64,000 bases of DNA from Candidatus Shapirobacteria bacterium (GCA_017991615.1 JAGOQF010000003.1:285-64284), one strand, 5' to 3'; positions 1-8,846 are shown, numbered from the stretch's first letter. Program-made: numbers and translations. The notes: a model not told the origin generated them from the sequence alone.

Positions 1-531
1 TCTTCACCGCCAAGTTATAGTTTTACCTGCACTGACGCCAGACCACTATTTAAGTCTGATTTATTTCAAATAAATACTACCTATAATTCAGCCAAACTGT
101 TCTTTACTCCACTGCCTGACACCAATCAATATTTCATTAGTTTTTCCACTAACCCCAATGCTGAGGAACATGGAGAACAAGTTACTCTTCTTAGAGAGGG
201 AGTTCAAAGTCATAGTATTTATTTCTTAAAACCAAATACCACTTACTATGTTAAAGTCAGAGGTCAAAATGGCTGTGCCACTGGGGATTGGAGTAATATT
301 ATGAAATTTAAAACTAATCATCAGATTTATTACAAAAATTTCCCCGCAGTCAGTACCACAAATACCTCATTGTCTTCTAATTTAGTTACCAAACAATCGA
401 AAACATTGTTTACTACTATTACCACTCCAACACCCACTGTGGCTGCTCCAAAAGCTACTGCTGTTCCCACACCTCCACCAATTAAAGATCAACCGAAACC
501 CAAGAAATGTTTCCTCTGGTGGTGTTGGTAG
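1..531 (+). CDS. C-terminal fragment of a larger protein (5' partial). It has an FN3/Ig-like beta-rich segment, then a Thr/Pro-rich linker, and ends in CFLWWCW.
   Basis: Frame 1 is open from base 1 to the stop at 531. The 301 Met of the ORF track is internal. The stretch YYVKVRGQNGCATGDW resembles a fibronectin-III strand. The tail is low-complexity and P/T-rich. Confidence 0.4.
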   Translation, partial: SSPPSYSFTCTDARPLFKSDLFQINTTYNSAKLFFTPLPDTNQYFISFSTNPNAEEHGEQVTLLREGVQSHSIYFLKPNTTYYVKVRGQNGCATGDWSNIMKFKTNHQIYYKNFPAVSTTNTSLSSNLVTKQSKTLFTTITTPTPTVAAPKATAVPTPPPIKDQPKPKKCFLWWCW

Positions 532-535
532 AGTG

Positions 536-586
536 TAACGCATTCAAGTAATTATTTTTTGTAACATTTTGTGTTACAATGCGTTA
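536..586. promoter_or_regulatory. Nested inverted repeats just upstream of the antitoxin gene, likely the operator/promoter of the toxin-antitoxin operon. Outer pair: TAACGCATT...AATGCGTTA. Inner pair: TTGTAACA-tttt-g-TGTTACAA.
   Basis: Perfect 9-bp outer arms at 536-544 and 578-586. 8-bp inner arms at 559-566 and 572-579. A TACAAT -10-like hexamer lies inside. Type II antitoxins typically autoregulate at palindromes of this kind. Confidence 0.4.
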
Positions 587-807
587 TGAGACAAATTATT
601 AACATCTCCTTACCCAAATCAATGGCCGACTACGTCAACCGTTCAGTCAAAAAAGGTGGTTTTGCTAGCAAAAGCGAATTTTTTAGGAGTCTTCTAAGAG
701 AAAAATCTGAGTCAGAGATTATAAAATCTCTCAAAACCAGTCGCAAAGAAATGCAAAAAGGGAATAAGTTCTTGCTTAAATCTTTCAAAGACCTAAAAAA
801 ACTATAA
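586..807 (+). CDS. Ribbon-helix-helix antitoxin (ParD/CopG-like).
   Basis: The motif ISLPKSMADYVNRSVKKGGFASKSEFFRSLLRE is typical of RHH antitoxins. The ATG at 586 (MRQIINISLP) is preferred over the GTG at 571 listed in the ORF track. A toxin gene lies 11 nt downstream. Confidence 0.6.
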   Translation: MRQIINISLPKSMADYVNRSVKKGGFASKSEFFRSLLREKSESEIIKSLKTSRKEMQKGNKFLLKSFKDLKKL

Positions 808-818
808 AATAAATTGTA

Positions 819-1076
819 GTGAAAATATATCTTTCTTCAAATTTTCTTAAAGAATATAAAAAAGTTTCAAAATTAATTAAAAATAAGCTAGAAGTTAAGG
901 AAAAAATTTTCCGAACCAACCCGTTTGATCCTTGTCTTAAAACTCATCCACTTACAGGAAAATTAAAGGGCTTTTATTCTTTCTCAATAGATTACCATTA
1001 TAGAATTGTTTTTTCTTTTGAAAATGAAAATGAAATTTGGTTTCATTCCATCGGCACCCATGCTATATATAAATAA
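819..1076 (+). CDS. RelE/ParE-family toxin (mRNA interferase fold).
   Basis: 85 aa with a GTG start. HPLTGKLKGFYSFSIDYHYRIVF...IGTHAIY matches the RelE/YoeB-like core. Its stop overlaps the dut start as TAATG. Confidence 0.6.
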   Translation: MKIYLSSNFLKEYKKVSKLIKNKLEVKEKIFRTNPFDPCLKTHPLTGKLKGFYSFSIDYHYRIVFSFENENEIWFHSIGTHAIYK

Positions 1077-1507
1077 TGAAACTTAATCTTAAACGTTTTG
1101 ATAAAACTCTGCCCTTACCGGTTCACAAAACTGCCGGCGCTGTCGCTGTCGATCTTTGCGCTCGCCTTGATGTTGATATCGACCCTAAACAAATTGCTTA
1201 CATTCCCTTAAATGTCGCCATCAAAATCCCCGACGGTTACTTTATTTTAATGGTTCCTCGTAGTTCAACTCACAAACTCGGTCTGATGTCTGCCAACAGT
1301 GTTGGTGTTTTTGATCGCGATTTTTGCGGTAACGACGATGAATATCTTTTTGCCGCTTACAATTTTACTGATCAACCGGTTCATATTGACAAAGGGACTC
1401 GTCTTTGTCAGTTACTTTTAATCAAGTGTGAAAATTTTGAGTTTAACGAAGTTGATGATATGTCTCATCCTTCCCGCGGCGGTCTCGGTACTACTGGAAT
1501 AAAGTAA
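1076..1507 (+). CDS. dut: dUTP diphosphatase.
   Basis: The dUTPase motifs are present: GAVAVDL, PRSS, GVFDRDFCGND and a C-terminal RGGLGTTG. Confidence 0.85.
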   Translation: MKLNLKRFDKTLPLPVHKTAGAVAVDLCARLDVDIDPKQIAYIPLNVAIKIPDGYFILMVPRSSTHKLGLMSANSVGVFDRDFCGNDDEYLFAAYNFTDQPVHIDKGTRLCQLLLIKCENFEFNEVDDMSHPSRGGLGTTGIK

Positions 1508-1546
1508 TTTCAAATCCCCCCTTGTTAAAGAGGAGATTAGATTTAG

Positions 1547-2650
1547 GTGATAAAATCTTTTATGACCTACATTTATATTCTCTTAGTTTTAATTCTCTTA
1601 GCCTTGGTTTTTTTGATTCTCAAGAACAAGAAAAATACTGCTGCTGACATCAGTTCCGAATTTTTTAACCAATTCAATCAAAAATTTCCCGAAATTTTAA
1701 ATCAAGCTAATACTAATTTAATCAATCTTGCCAACGAAAAAGTTAGCACCGATTTATCTAACAAAAAACAAGCCATTGAGGAATTGGTTAACCGAGCTTT
1801 AACAGAAATTGACAAAAATAACAAAAAATTGGAGGAGGTTGAAAAGGGGAGAATCGGCAGTTTTTCCAGTTTAGCCGAAAAATTGGAAGAGCAAAAAACC
1901 CTTACTCAACAACTTAAAATTACCACTGAAGGTCTCAAAAACGTTCTCAGTAACAATCAACTGCGGGGGCAATTTGGCGAACAAGTTGCCGAAGATTTAC
2001 TCAAAATGTCCGGCTTTGTTGCCGGTGTTAACTACGACAAGCAGGTGGCCGGCGATGTCTCTCGTCCTGACTTTACCGTCTATCTTCCCGACGGTGTCAA
2101 AATCAACATTGATGCCAAATTCCCTTATCAACATTTGGTCAAAATGAGTGAAGCCGAGACTAAATCTCAAAAAGAAGAGTACAAAAAATTGTTTGAACAA
2201 AGCATCAAAGCTAAAATCAAAGAAGTTACTACCAGAGAGTATATTAATCCCGAAAAAAATACCGTTGATTTTGTGATTCTTTTTATTCCCAATGAAATGA
2301 TTTTCAGTTTTATCTATGATCGTTTCCCTGAGATTTGGCAGGAAGCTATGACCAAAAAAGTTATTTTAGCCGGTCCTTTCAGTTTTACTGCCATCCTTCG
2401 TATGGTTCATCAGTCTTACGATAATTTCCGTTACCAGAAAAACGTTGCCAATATCATTGGTTATATTAGAAAATTTGCCGAGGAATTTGATACTTACAAT
2501 CAAGCTTTCAAAGAAATCGGCACTAAAATTGAAACTCTTCAAAAACATTATCACAAGGTTGATTCCACCAGAACCAATCAGTTAGTCAAAATTGTCAATA
2601 AAATCAAGACTGAAGGCGAAGATCCTATCAAACAACTCAATGAATCATAA
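1547..2650 (+). CDS. rmuC: DNA recombination protein RmuC.
   Basis: N-terminal TM helix, a long coiled coil, then the RmuC nuclease-like core (GQFGEQVAEDLLKMSGF, PDFTVYLPDG, KINIDAKFP). The RBS AAAGAGGAG lies upstream of the GTG/ATG start. Confidence 0.8.
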   Translation: MIKSFMTYIYILLVLILLALVFLILKNKKNTAADISSEFFNQFNQKFPEILNQANTNLINLANEKVSTDLSNKKQAIEELVNRALTEIDKNNKKLEEVEKGRIGSFSSLAEKLEEQKTLTQQLKITTEGLKNVLSNNQLRGQFGEQVAEDLLKMSGFVAGVNYDKQVAGDVSRPDFTVYLPDGVKINIDAKFPYQHLVKMSEAETKSQKEEYKKLFEQSIKAKIKEVTTREYINPEKNTVDFVILFIPNEMIFSFIYDRFPEIWQEAMTKKVILAGPFSFTAILRMVHQSYDNFRYQKNVANIIGYIRKFAEEFDTYNQAFKEIGTKIETLQKHYHKVDSTRTNQLVKIVNKIKTEGEDPIKQLNES

Positions 2651-2930
2651 ATTTTTCTACTTTTCTCTTTTGATTTGGTCAGTTTTTTTGTTGTTTATCA
2701 ACTATGTTTCCCCTCAATTTCTCTGGGCTAGAATTATGTTTTTTGTAATAATCTTTGCCGGATTTTTGTCCTTAAATTTTATCTTTTCCAAAAATTATTT
2801 TCTTTCTTTTTTGATTTCTTTTTATCTTACCTCTATTTTTTTGCTCCAATCTTTCCGTCAATTATCTATTATTAACCTAGTTATTATTGCTCTACTTTTT
2901 GGTCTGATTTTTTTCATATTCAAAAAGTAA
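2640..2930 (+). CDS. Small polytopic membrane protein, hypothetical.
   Basis: Highly hydrophobic ORF. The start was trimmed to the in-frame ATG at 2640, which overlaps the rmuC stop. The composition is low-complexity (F/L/I-rich), so it could be spurious. Confidence 0.3.
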   Translation: MNHKFFYFSLLIWSVFLLFINYVSPQFLWARIMFFVIIFAGFLSLNFIFSKNYFLSFLISFYLTSIFLLQSFRQLSIINLVIIALLFGLIFFIFKK

Positions 2931-2944
2931 ATTATCCATCCCTC

Positions 2945-2981
2945 TTGACAACTGTTAGCAGTCAGTCTATTATATTGCTAA
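2945..2981 (+). promoter_or_regulatory. Sigma70-type promoter (TTGACA-17-TATTAT) overlapped by a degenerate CIRCE element (TTAGCAGTC-N9-TATTGCTAA), directly upstream of hrcA.
   Basis: The -35 TTGACA is at 2945-2950 and the -10 TATTAT at 2968-2973. The left CIRCE arm at 2955-2963 matches the TTAGCACTC consensus at 8 of 9 positions. The right arm at 2973-2981 matches GAGTGCTAA at 6 of 9. HrcA-CIRCE regulation of hrcA-grpE-dnaK operons is well established. Confidence 0.5.
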
Positions 2982-2982
2982 T

Positions 2983-3720
2983 ATGGCAGATCTAACTCAA
3001 CGACAAATAAAAATTCTCAAGTGTATTACTGAGGAATTTATCGAAACCGCCTCTCCGGTTGGTTCTGAAACCCTGGAAAAAAAGTATTCTTTGGGGATTT
3101 CTTCAGCCACCATTAGAAACGAAATGGCGACTCTAACTCAGATGGGCTTTCTTAAGAAAGGTCATCTTTCCGCCGGTCGTTCACCGACTTCAATGGGTCT
3201 CAAATATTATGTCCGAAATTTGATGACGCCTAAAAATCTTTCCGCCAGTGAAGAAATTGGTGTTAAAGAAAAAGTCTGGGATTATCGCAACGAGTTTGAT
3301 TCACTCCTTCGCGAGACTACCAAAGAATTAGCTAACCGCACCCGATCTATGGCTATCGCCACCACCGATCACGGTATTATTTACAGTCACGGCGCCTCTA
3401 ATTTATTGGAAGAACCCGAATTTTATAACATCGATGTTACCAAAACTGTTTTGTCTTTGTTGGATAATTACAATTTTTGGTTTGACATTATCAACAAAGC
3501 TTCTGCTGTCGCCGACAATGATGATGATTTTGTCCATCTTTTAATCGGTGAAGATTTGGGTATTGAACATCTCGAACCCTGTGGTTTTGTTTACCAGAAA
3601 TATGAAGCTGGTCCCCATCGGGGTGTTGTTGGTGTTGTTGGTCCAGCCCGATTTCATTATACGCACGTTGTTCCTACTGTTGACTACTTTGCCAATCTTA
3701 TCTCCAAAATTACTCGTTAA
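2983..3720 (+). CDS. hrcA: Heat-inducible transcription repressor HrcA (short form, 245 aa).
   Basis: The N-terminal winged helix (QRQIKILKCITEEFIETASPVGSETL, SSATIRNEMATLTQMGFL) is canonical for HrcA. The protein is about 100 aa shorter than typical HrcA. Confidence 0.8.
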   Translation: MADLTQRQIKILKCITEEFIETASPVGSETLEKKYSLGISSATIRNEMATLTQMGFLKKGHLSAGRSPTSMGLKYYVRNLMTPKNLSASEEIGVKEKVWDYRNEFDSLLRETTKELANRTRSMAIATTDHGIIYSHGASNLLEEPEFYNIDVTKTVLSLLDNYNFWFDIINKASAVADNDDDFVHLLIGEDLGIEHLEPCGFVYQKYEAGPHRGVVGVVGPARFHYTHVVPTVDYFANLISKITR

Positions 3721-3726
3721 TTATCT

Positions 3727-4173
3727 ATGACCAAAACTAAAAAATCTAAAACTGATTCCGCCGAATCTCAAAAAATCTCTGAGTTGGAAAATAGACTCAA
3801 ACGGTCCTTGGCTGACTATGCCAATCTTGAAAAAAGAATTGAGTCCCAACGTCAACTTTTTGTGACTCTAGCTACTACTGCCATGGTTACCAAAATGATT
3901 GAAGTCTTAGATGATTTTAATCTTACTTACCAACATCTCCAAGATGCCGGTCTCAAAATCGCTATCGACAAATTTATATCAGTTCTCAAAACCGAGGGTG
4001 TTGAAGAAATTGAGGCTCTCAATCATAAATTTAATCCCGAAACTATGGAATGTGTCGAAGCTGTTCCCGGTCAAGACAATTTAGTTATTTCTGTCAAAAA
4101 ACCCGGTTATAAATTAAATGGTCACGTTATCCGACCGGCTCATGTCGTTGTTGGTAAATCTGACCTAAATTAA
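3727..4173 (+). CDS. grpE: Nucleotide exchange factor GrpE.
   Basis: Coiled-coil N-terminus (ELENRLKRSLADYANLEKRIESQRQ) and a GrpE C-terminal beta domain. It sits between hrcA and dnaK. Confidence 0.8.
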   Translation: MTKTKKSKTDSAESQKISELENRLKRSLADYANLEKRIESQRQLFVTLATTAMVTKMIEVLDDFNLTYQHLQDAGLKIAIDKFISVLKTEGVEEIEALNHKFNPETMECVEAVPGQDNLVISVKKPGYKLNGHVIRPAHVVVGKSDLN

Positions 4174-4237
4174 TATTAATTAATAATTATTTTTTAAATT
4201 AAGCTCAAACGTCTCAACGTTCTAAAGCTATATATAT

Positions 4238-6163
4238 ATGTCAAACAAAATCATTGGAATCGATCTTGGAACTACCAATTCTTGTGTCGCTGTTATGGAA
4301 GGCGGCACTCCCAAAATTATTGTTAGCGCCGAAGGTCGAAATACTATCCCTTCAGTTGTTGAACCAGTCAAAAAACTGGTTGGTGATCTTGCCAAACGGC
4401 AGATGGTTCTCAATTCTGAAAATACTGTTTACAGTGTCAAGCGTCTTATGGGTCGTCGAATTGATGATCCTGAAGTTAAAAAAACTCAATCAGTGGCTCC
4501 ATTCAAAATTGTCGCTGGCAAAGATAAAACCGCCGCTGTCGAAATTGGTGGCAAAACTTATACTCCTCAAGAAATTTCGGCTATGATCCTGCAAAAATGT
4601 AAAACCGATGCCGAAAAATACTTAGGTGAAAAAGTCACTGATGCCGTTATTACTGTTCCGGCCTATTTTGATGATTCTCAGCGACAAGCTACCAAACAAG
4701 CCGGTGAAATCGCCGGTCTCAATGTCCAACGGATTGTCAACGAACCTACCGCTGCCGCTCTTGCCTATGGTATGGACAAAAAACAAAATGAACTTATTGC
4801 TGTCTATGATTTGGGTGGTGGTACCTTCGATATTTCTATTTTGGAAATCGGCGACGGTATTTTTGAAGTCAAATCCACCAACGGTGATACCTTCCTTGGT
4901 GGTGATGATTTTGATCAAAAGGTCATTACCTGGATCATTGATGACTTCCAAAAACAAAATGGTGTTGATTTAGGTAAAGATCCTCAAGCTCTCCAACGGG
5001 TTCGTGAAGCCGCTGAAAAAGCCAAAATTGAGCTTTCTAGCGCCGCTGAAACCGAAATTAACCTACCTTTTATCACTCAAAAAGACGGTCAACCGCTTCA
5101 TTTAACCAAGAAAATGACTCGTTCTGAACTGGAAAAATTGGTTGATGATCTTATTCAAAAAACTATCGTTCCGGTTGAAAAAGCTCTTAAAGATGCCGGT
5201 GTTTCCAAATCTGATATCAAAGAAGTCATTATGGTTGGTGGTATGACCCGTATGCCTAAAGTTCAAGAAGTTGTTAAAAACTTTTTTGGTAAAGATCTCA
5301 ACAACAACGTCAATCCCGACGAAGTTGTTGCCATTGGTGCCGCTGTCCAAGGAGCAGTTTTGACCGGCGAAGTCAAAGATATTGTTCTGTTAGATGTGAC
5401 TCCATTGACCTTAGGCATCGAAACTGCTGGTGGTGTTCGCACTCCTCTCATCGATCGCAATACTACCGTGCCTACCAAGAAATCTCAGATTTTCACCACT
5501 TATTCTGATAACCAACCTCAGGTGGAAATCAATGTTCTCCAAGGCGAACGACCTATGGCCGCTGATAACAAATCCCTCGGTCGGTTTATTTTGGACGGTA
5601 TTGCTCCGGCGCCTCGCGGTATGCCTCAAATCGAGGTTACCTTTGATATCGATAGCAACGGTATTCTCTCCGTTTCTGCCAAAGACAAGGGTACCAACAA
5701 AGAACAGCGGATTACTATTCAAAATGCTACTAATCTCAAAGAAGAAGAAGTTGAGCAGATGAAGCGCGATGCCGAAGCTCATGCCCGCGAAGATGAAGAC
5801 AAACGTCTTTTAGCTGAAGCCAAAAATAGGCTTGATGGCACTATTTTCTCTGGCGAAAAAACTCTCAAAGACTTGGGTGACAAGATCAAGTCTGAAGACA
5901 AAGAAAAAATTGAAACCAAAATCAAAGAGTCGAAAGATGTTCTTACCAAGGCTGATGTTCAAATTGATGAGTTAAACAAAGCTAGCGAAGAACTCAGTCA
6001 GATTCTTCAAACTGTCGGCGCTGCTATCTATCAACAACAGCATCAACAACAAACTCCGCCCACCGACGGTCCCGAAGCTCAAGCTCAAGGTCAACCATCT
6101 GAAGAAGCATCTTCCGGTTCTGAAGACACCAAAGATGCCGAAGAAGGCGAAGTTGTTGAATAA
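4238..6163 (+). CDS. dnaK: Molecular chaperone DnaK (Hsp70).
   Basis: [24 protein letters not shown] and VEIT/IDANGIL-type motifs are present. Full length is 641 aa with an acidic C-terminus. Confidence 0.97.
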   Translation: MSNKIIGIDLGTTNSCVAVMEGGTPKIIVSAEGRNTIPSVVEPVKKLVGDLAKRQMVLNSENTVYSVKRLMGRRIDDPEVKKTQSVAPFKIVAGKDKTAAVEIGGKTYTPQEISAMILQKCKTDAEKYLGEKVTDAVITVPAYFDDSQRQATKQAGEIAGLNVQRIVNEPTAAALAYGMDKKQNELIAVYDLGGGTFDISILEIGDGIFEVKSTNGDTFLGGDDFDQKVITWIIDDFQKQNGVDLGKDPQALQRVREAAEKAKIELSSAAETEINLPFITQKDGQPLHLTKKMTRSELEKLVDDLIQKTIVPVEKALKDAGVSKSDIKEVIMVGGMTRMPKVQEVVKNFFGKDLNNNVNPDEVVAIGAAVQGAVLTGEVKDIVLLDVTPLTLGIETAGGVRTPLIDRNTTVPTKKSQIFTTYSDNQPQVEINVLQGERPMAADNKSLGRFILDGIAPAPRGMPQIEVTFDIDSNGILSVSAKDKGTNKEQRITIQNATNLKEEEVEQMKRDAEAHAREDEDKRLLAEAKNRLDGTIFSGEKTLKDLGDKIKSEDKEKIETKIKESKDVLTKADVQIDELNKASEELSQILQTVGAAIYQQQHQQQTPPTDGPEAQAQGQPSEEASSGSEDTKDAEEGEVVE

Positions 6164-6170
6164 ACTTTTA

Positions 6171-6204
6171 ACACAGGGGCGCGTCAGTAGACGCGCCCCT
6201 GTGT
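6171..6204 (+). terminator. Stem-loop immediately after dnaK: ACACAGGGGCGCGTC-agtag-GACGCGCCCCTGTGT.
   Basis: Perfect 15-bp GC-rich inverted repeat starting 8 nt after the dnaK stop. The 3' flank is A/T-rich but has no long U-tract. Confidence 0.55.
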
Positions 6205-6219
6205 ATTTAACAATCAAAA

Positions 6220-6489
6220 ATGATTATTAAAAAAAAGGCTTGGCCTGAATTGTTTGAAAAAGTAATTTCTGGTGATAAAACATTCGATCTTCGTTTAGCC
6301 GACTGGCAATATCGTGTCGGCGACACTTTAGTTTTGCAGGAATTTGACCCTAAAACCAAGCAATTTACTGGTCGTGAAATCAAAAAACAAATTACTTTTG
6401 TTCTAAAAACCAAAGATATTGAAGCCAGCGGGATGTGGTCCAAAAAAGAAATTGACCGCTATGGTTTTCAAATTATTTCGCTAAAATAA
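6220..6489 (+). CDS. DUF3850/ASCH-like small protein inserted between dnaK and dnaJ.
   Basis: WPELFEKVISGDKTFDLRL..VGDTLVLQEFDPKTKQFTGREI matches the DUF3850 (ASCH-fold) consensus. Confidence 0.55.
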   Translation: MIIKKKAWPELFEKVISGDKTFDLRLADWQYRVGDTLVLQEFDPKTKQFTGREIKKQITFVLKTKDIEASGMWSKKEIDRYGFQIISLK

Positions 6490-6494
6490 CTTCT

Positions 6495-7349
6495 ATGAAA
6501 AAAGATTTTTATGAAGTTTTGGGTGTCTCCAAAAACGCCACCAAAAGTGATATCAAAAGCGCTTATCGTAAATCGGCTCTTAAGTATCATCCTGATCACA
6601 ACAAAGCTGCCGACGCCGAAGAAAAATTCAAAGAAATCAACGAAGCTTACGAAGTTTTAAGTAACGACCAAAAAAGAGCCGCTTATGATCAATTTGGTCA
6701 CGCCGCTTTTGACCCCAACGCTGGACCGGCTGGTGGTCGAACTTACACTCAACAAAGTGGTCCTTTTAACTTTACTTATACCCAAAGCAGTGGTAACGTC
6801 GGTGGTGCCGACTTTGATTTTGGCGGTTTTAGCAACCCTTTTGATATTTTTGAACAATTTTTTGGGGCTGGTTTTACCGGACGCAGTCAAGGCAAACGCC
6901 TAGAGACTTACAAAATCAGCATTTCTTTTTTGGAAGCCGCCAAAGGAGTAGAAAAGGAATTCAATATTGATGGTAAACGTCGTAAAATTAAAATTCCTGC
7001 CGGTGTTGATGATGGTCAAAGAATCAGATTTAAAGATTTTATTTTATATATTGATGTTCTTCCCGATAAAGTTTTCAAACGTGAAGGTAACGACATTTTT
7101 GTCACTATCAACCTTACTTTTTCTCAAGCAGTTTTGGGTACTGAAATTGAAGTGCCAACTCTCACCGAACCGGTTAAAGTCAGAGTCAAAGCCGGCACTC
7201 AACCCAACACTCTTATCCGTCTTCGTGGTCGTGGTATCAAGCAAGTTTCTGGCTTTGGTATTGGCGATCTTTATATTCGTCTTATGGTTGAAATTCCCAC
7301 TCGTCTCACTCCTCGTCAAAAGGATCTTGTCCGCCAGCTTGGTTTATAA
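6495..7349 (+). CDS. dnaJ: DnaJ-class co-chaperone lacking the Cys-rich zinc-finger domain (CbpA/type II-like).
   Basis: J-domain with HPD (YHPDHNK). A G/F-rich region follows, then C-terminal substrate-binding domains. No CxxCxGxG repeats are present. Confidence 0.8.
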   Translation: MKKDFYEVLGVSKNATKSDIKSAYRKSALKYHPDHNKAADAEEKFKEINEAYEVLSNDQKRAAYDQFGHAAFDPNAGPAGGRTYTQQSGPFNFTYTQSSGNVGGADFDFGGFSNPFDIFEQFFGAGFTGRSQGKRLETYKISISFLEAAKGVEKEFNIDGKRRKIKIPAGVDDGQRIRFKDFILYIDVLPDKVFKREGNDIFVTINLTFSQAVLGTEIEVPTLTEPVKVRVKAGTQPNTLIRLRGRGIKQVSGFGIGDLYIRLMVEIPTRLTPRQKDLVRQLGL

Positions 7350-7357
7350 TAGAACCA

Positions 7358-7966
7358 ATGAAATTGGAAACTCTAGTTATCGGCACTCACAATCCCGCTA
7401 AACTTGATTATTATCAAAATTTATTAACCCCTCTTTCCAAAAAAATAGTTGGCCTAAAAGATATTGGAATTGATCAAAAACCTACCGAAACTGGTGATAC
7501 TGCGGAAGAAAATTCTCAAATTAAAGCCAAGTTTTATTCTCAAAGAACAAATTTGCCTGTCTTCTGTGAGGATGAGTCCTTATTTGTTGATTTTCTCCCG
7601 CCATCAGAACAACCCGGAGTTAATGTCAGACGGATTAATCATAATTTAGACGCCACCGATAGTGAATTATTTGATTATTGGGAAAACGTAATTAAAAATG
7701 TTCCCGAAGCTAAACGCACCGGTTATTGGCGGATTGCTTATACCTTAATGTTAAACAATAAACTAAATACTGTTTCTTTTGATCGTCAAATTAAGTTTTT
7801 TTATCCCGCTTCAGATACAAAAATTTCTGGTTGGCCTTTGAATAGCCTTCAAGGTCCGGCCAAGTTCAATAAACCATTTATTGAAATGACTTCAGATGAA
7901 AAAAATCTTATTCAAAAAGAAGAAAATCAATTGATTATCAAAAAACTAATCAGCCTGTTCAAATAA
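7358..7966 (+). CDS. Ham1/RdgB-family non-canonical purine NTP pyrophosphatase (divergent).
   Basis: VIGTHNPAKL corresponds to ATGNxxK. ETGDTAEENSQIKA corresponds to ExGxTFxENAxxKA. CEDESLFV corresponds to DDSGLxV. QPGVNVRR corresponds to the GxPGVYSAR region. Confidence 0.55.
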   Translation: MKLETLVIGTHNPAKLDYYQNLLTPLSKKIVGLKDIGIDQKPTETGDTAEENSQIKAKFYSQRTNLPVFCEDESLFVDFLPPSEQPGVNVRRINHNLDATDSELFDYWENVIKNVPEAKRTGYWRIAYTLMLNNKLNTVSFDRQIKFFYPASDTKISGWPLNSLQGPAKFNKPFIEMTSDEKNLIQKEENQLIIKKLISLFK

Positions 7967-8046
7967 TCAACTTTTTGTCGTATCAATTCCATTGATAAAT
8001 TTAAATCACTACTATTTAGCCTGTAGTTACTAATTTATTGATTATT

Positions 8047-8057
8047 TGTGCTATAAT
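8047..8057 (+). promoter_or_regulatory. Extended -10 promoter TGTGCTATAAT for the orphan gene at 8114.
   Basis: TGnTATAAT consensus, 57 nt upstream of the ATG. The same 11-mer core recurs at 8779-8787 and 13901-13911. Confidence 0.45.
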
Positions 8058-8113
8058 CCATCCGAACCCAAAAGCGGGTGCACTTGAACAATTTATTTAA
8101 GGAGGGGAATACT

Positions 8114-8662
8114 ATGAATTCAGAGGTAGGTATAAGAGGTGTCGCCATCACTCAGATCCAAAAATCTATTGCCGAAAATGCCGAAAAAGAAAGGAAAAGA
8201 CAAGAAGCAATTCAAAAAAAAGCTGAAGAAGAAGCCAAAGAAGAAGCCAAAGAAAGACAAGTTTATGAGAAAGAACTTCAAAAGCAATTTCCTCACGACC
8301 AAAAACTGTTGGCTGGCTGCTTAAATATTTTGAGATTTATAGCAGCAAGTCTTGAAGAAGATCCAGCCTTTTTCCCTTTAAGGAGGAAAATTATCAACAT
8401 CATCACTGACAACCCTCACAACGAAATCCTAAACCAACAAAATGTTCACTTTTCTGTTTCTCCCACCATAAAACCGCCCTACCGTATCTTTTTCAAGGTT
8501 TCTTGGAGTTCTTACCAATATATTATCCTGTTTGTAATCCGTAATCGTGATGGAAAGGCAAACCTTTACATGAACTTATTTCAACACGAAGGCAACATCG
8601 ACGTCCCTCTTGAGGAAAATGAAGCAGTCACGGAAATCATAAAATTCTTGATGACTGTTTGA
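8114..8662 (+). CDS. Hypothetical protein with an N-terminal KEE-rich coiled coil. The C-terminal half has a beta-strand pattern reminiscent of the RelE/ParE fold.
   Basis: Strong SD (GGAGGGG) 7 nt upstream of the ATG at 8114. It has its own promoter and a downstream hairpin. YRIFFKV...YIILFVIRNRDGKANLY resembles RelE/ParE core strands. This is pattern-level only. Confidence 0.45.
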   Translation: MNSEVGIRGVAITQIQKSIAENAEKERKRQEAIQKKAEEEAKEEAKERQVYEKELQKQFPHDQKLLAGCLNILRFIAASLEEDPAFFPLRRKIINIITDNPHNEILNQQNVHFSVSPTIKPPYRIFFKVSWSSYQYIILFVIRNRDGKANLYMNLFQHEGNIDVPLEENEAVTEIIKFLMTV

Positions 8663-8720
8663 TTTATCTACAGCGCCAAAAAATTTCTAGAACTCAATCC
8701 CTCCCACACTAAACTGCCAC

Positions 8721-8769
8721 AGCGCCTGTAAGGTTTGCAAAAACAACCAAACGGGCGCTTTTTCTTTGC
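8721..8769 (+). terminator. Weak terminator-like inverted repeat AGCGCC...GGCGCT followed by TTTTTCTTT.
   Basis: 6-bp arms at 8721-26 and 8754-59 with a 27-nt loop and a U-rich 3' flank. It lies downstream of the orphan gene. Confidence 0.3.
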
Positions 8770-8778
8770 TCAATTTTC

Positions 8779-8787
8779 TGCTATAAT
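8779..8787 (+). promoter_or_regulatory. Extended -10 promoter TGCTATAAT upstream of nusA.
   Basis: TGnTATAAT, 83 nt upstream of the nusA ATG. Confidence 0.4.
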
Positions 8788-8821
8788 ATTCCACTAATAT
8801 AATTTTTTGCGATTTGAATTT

Positions 8822-8846
8822 GGGGCTGGCAAGGCCCCTTTTTTTG
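8822..8846 (+). terminator. Intrinsic-terminator-like hairpin (GGGGCT-ggcaa-GGCCCC plus T7) in the nusA 5' leader. It lies between the promoter and the RBS.
   Basis: 6-bp GC stem, 5-nt loop, then 7 consecutive T. The RBS AAAAAAGGAG follows 10 nt later, then the ATG at 8870. Confidence 0.55.

Noticed and set aside
4254-5782. Multiple ORFs of 60-120 aa overlapping dnaK on both strands (for example 4254-4586, 4622-4957, 5411-5782).
   Set aside because: They lie entirely inside a highly conserved, full-length dnaK reading frame. They have low-complexity translations and are shadow ORFs.
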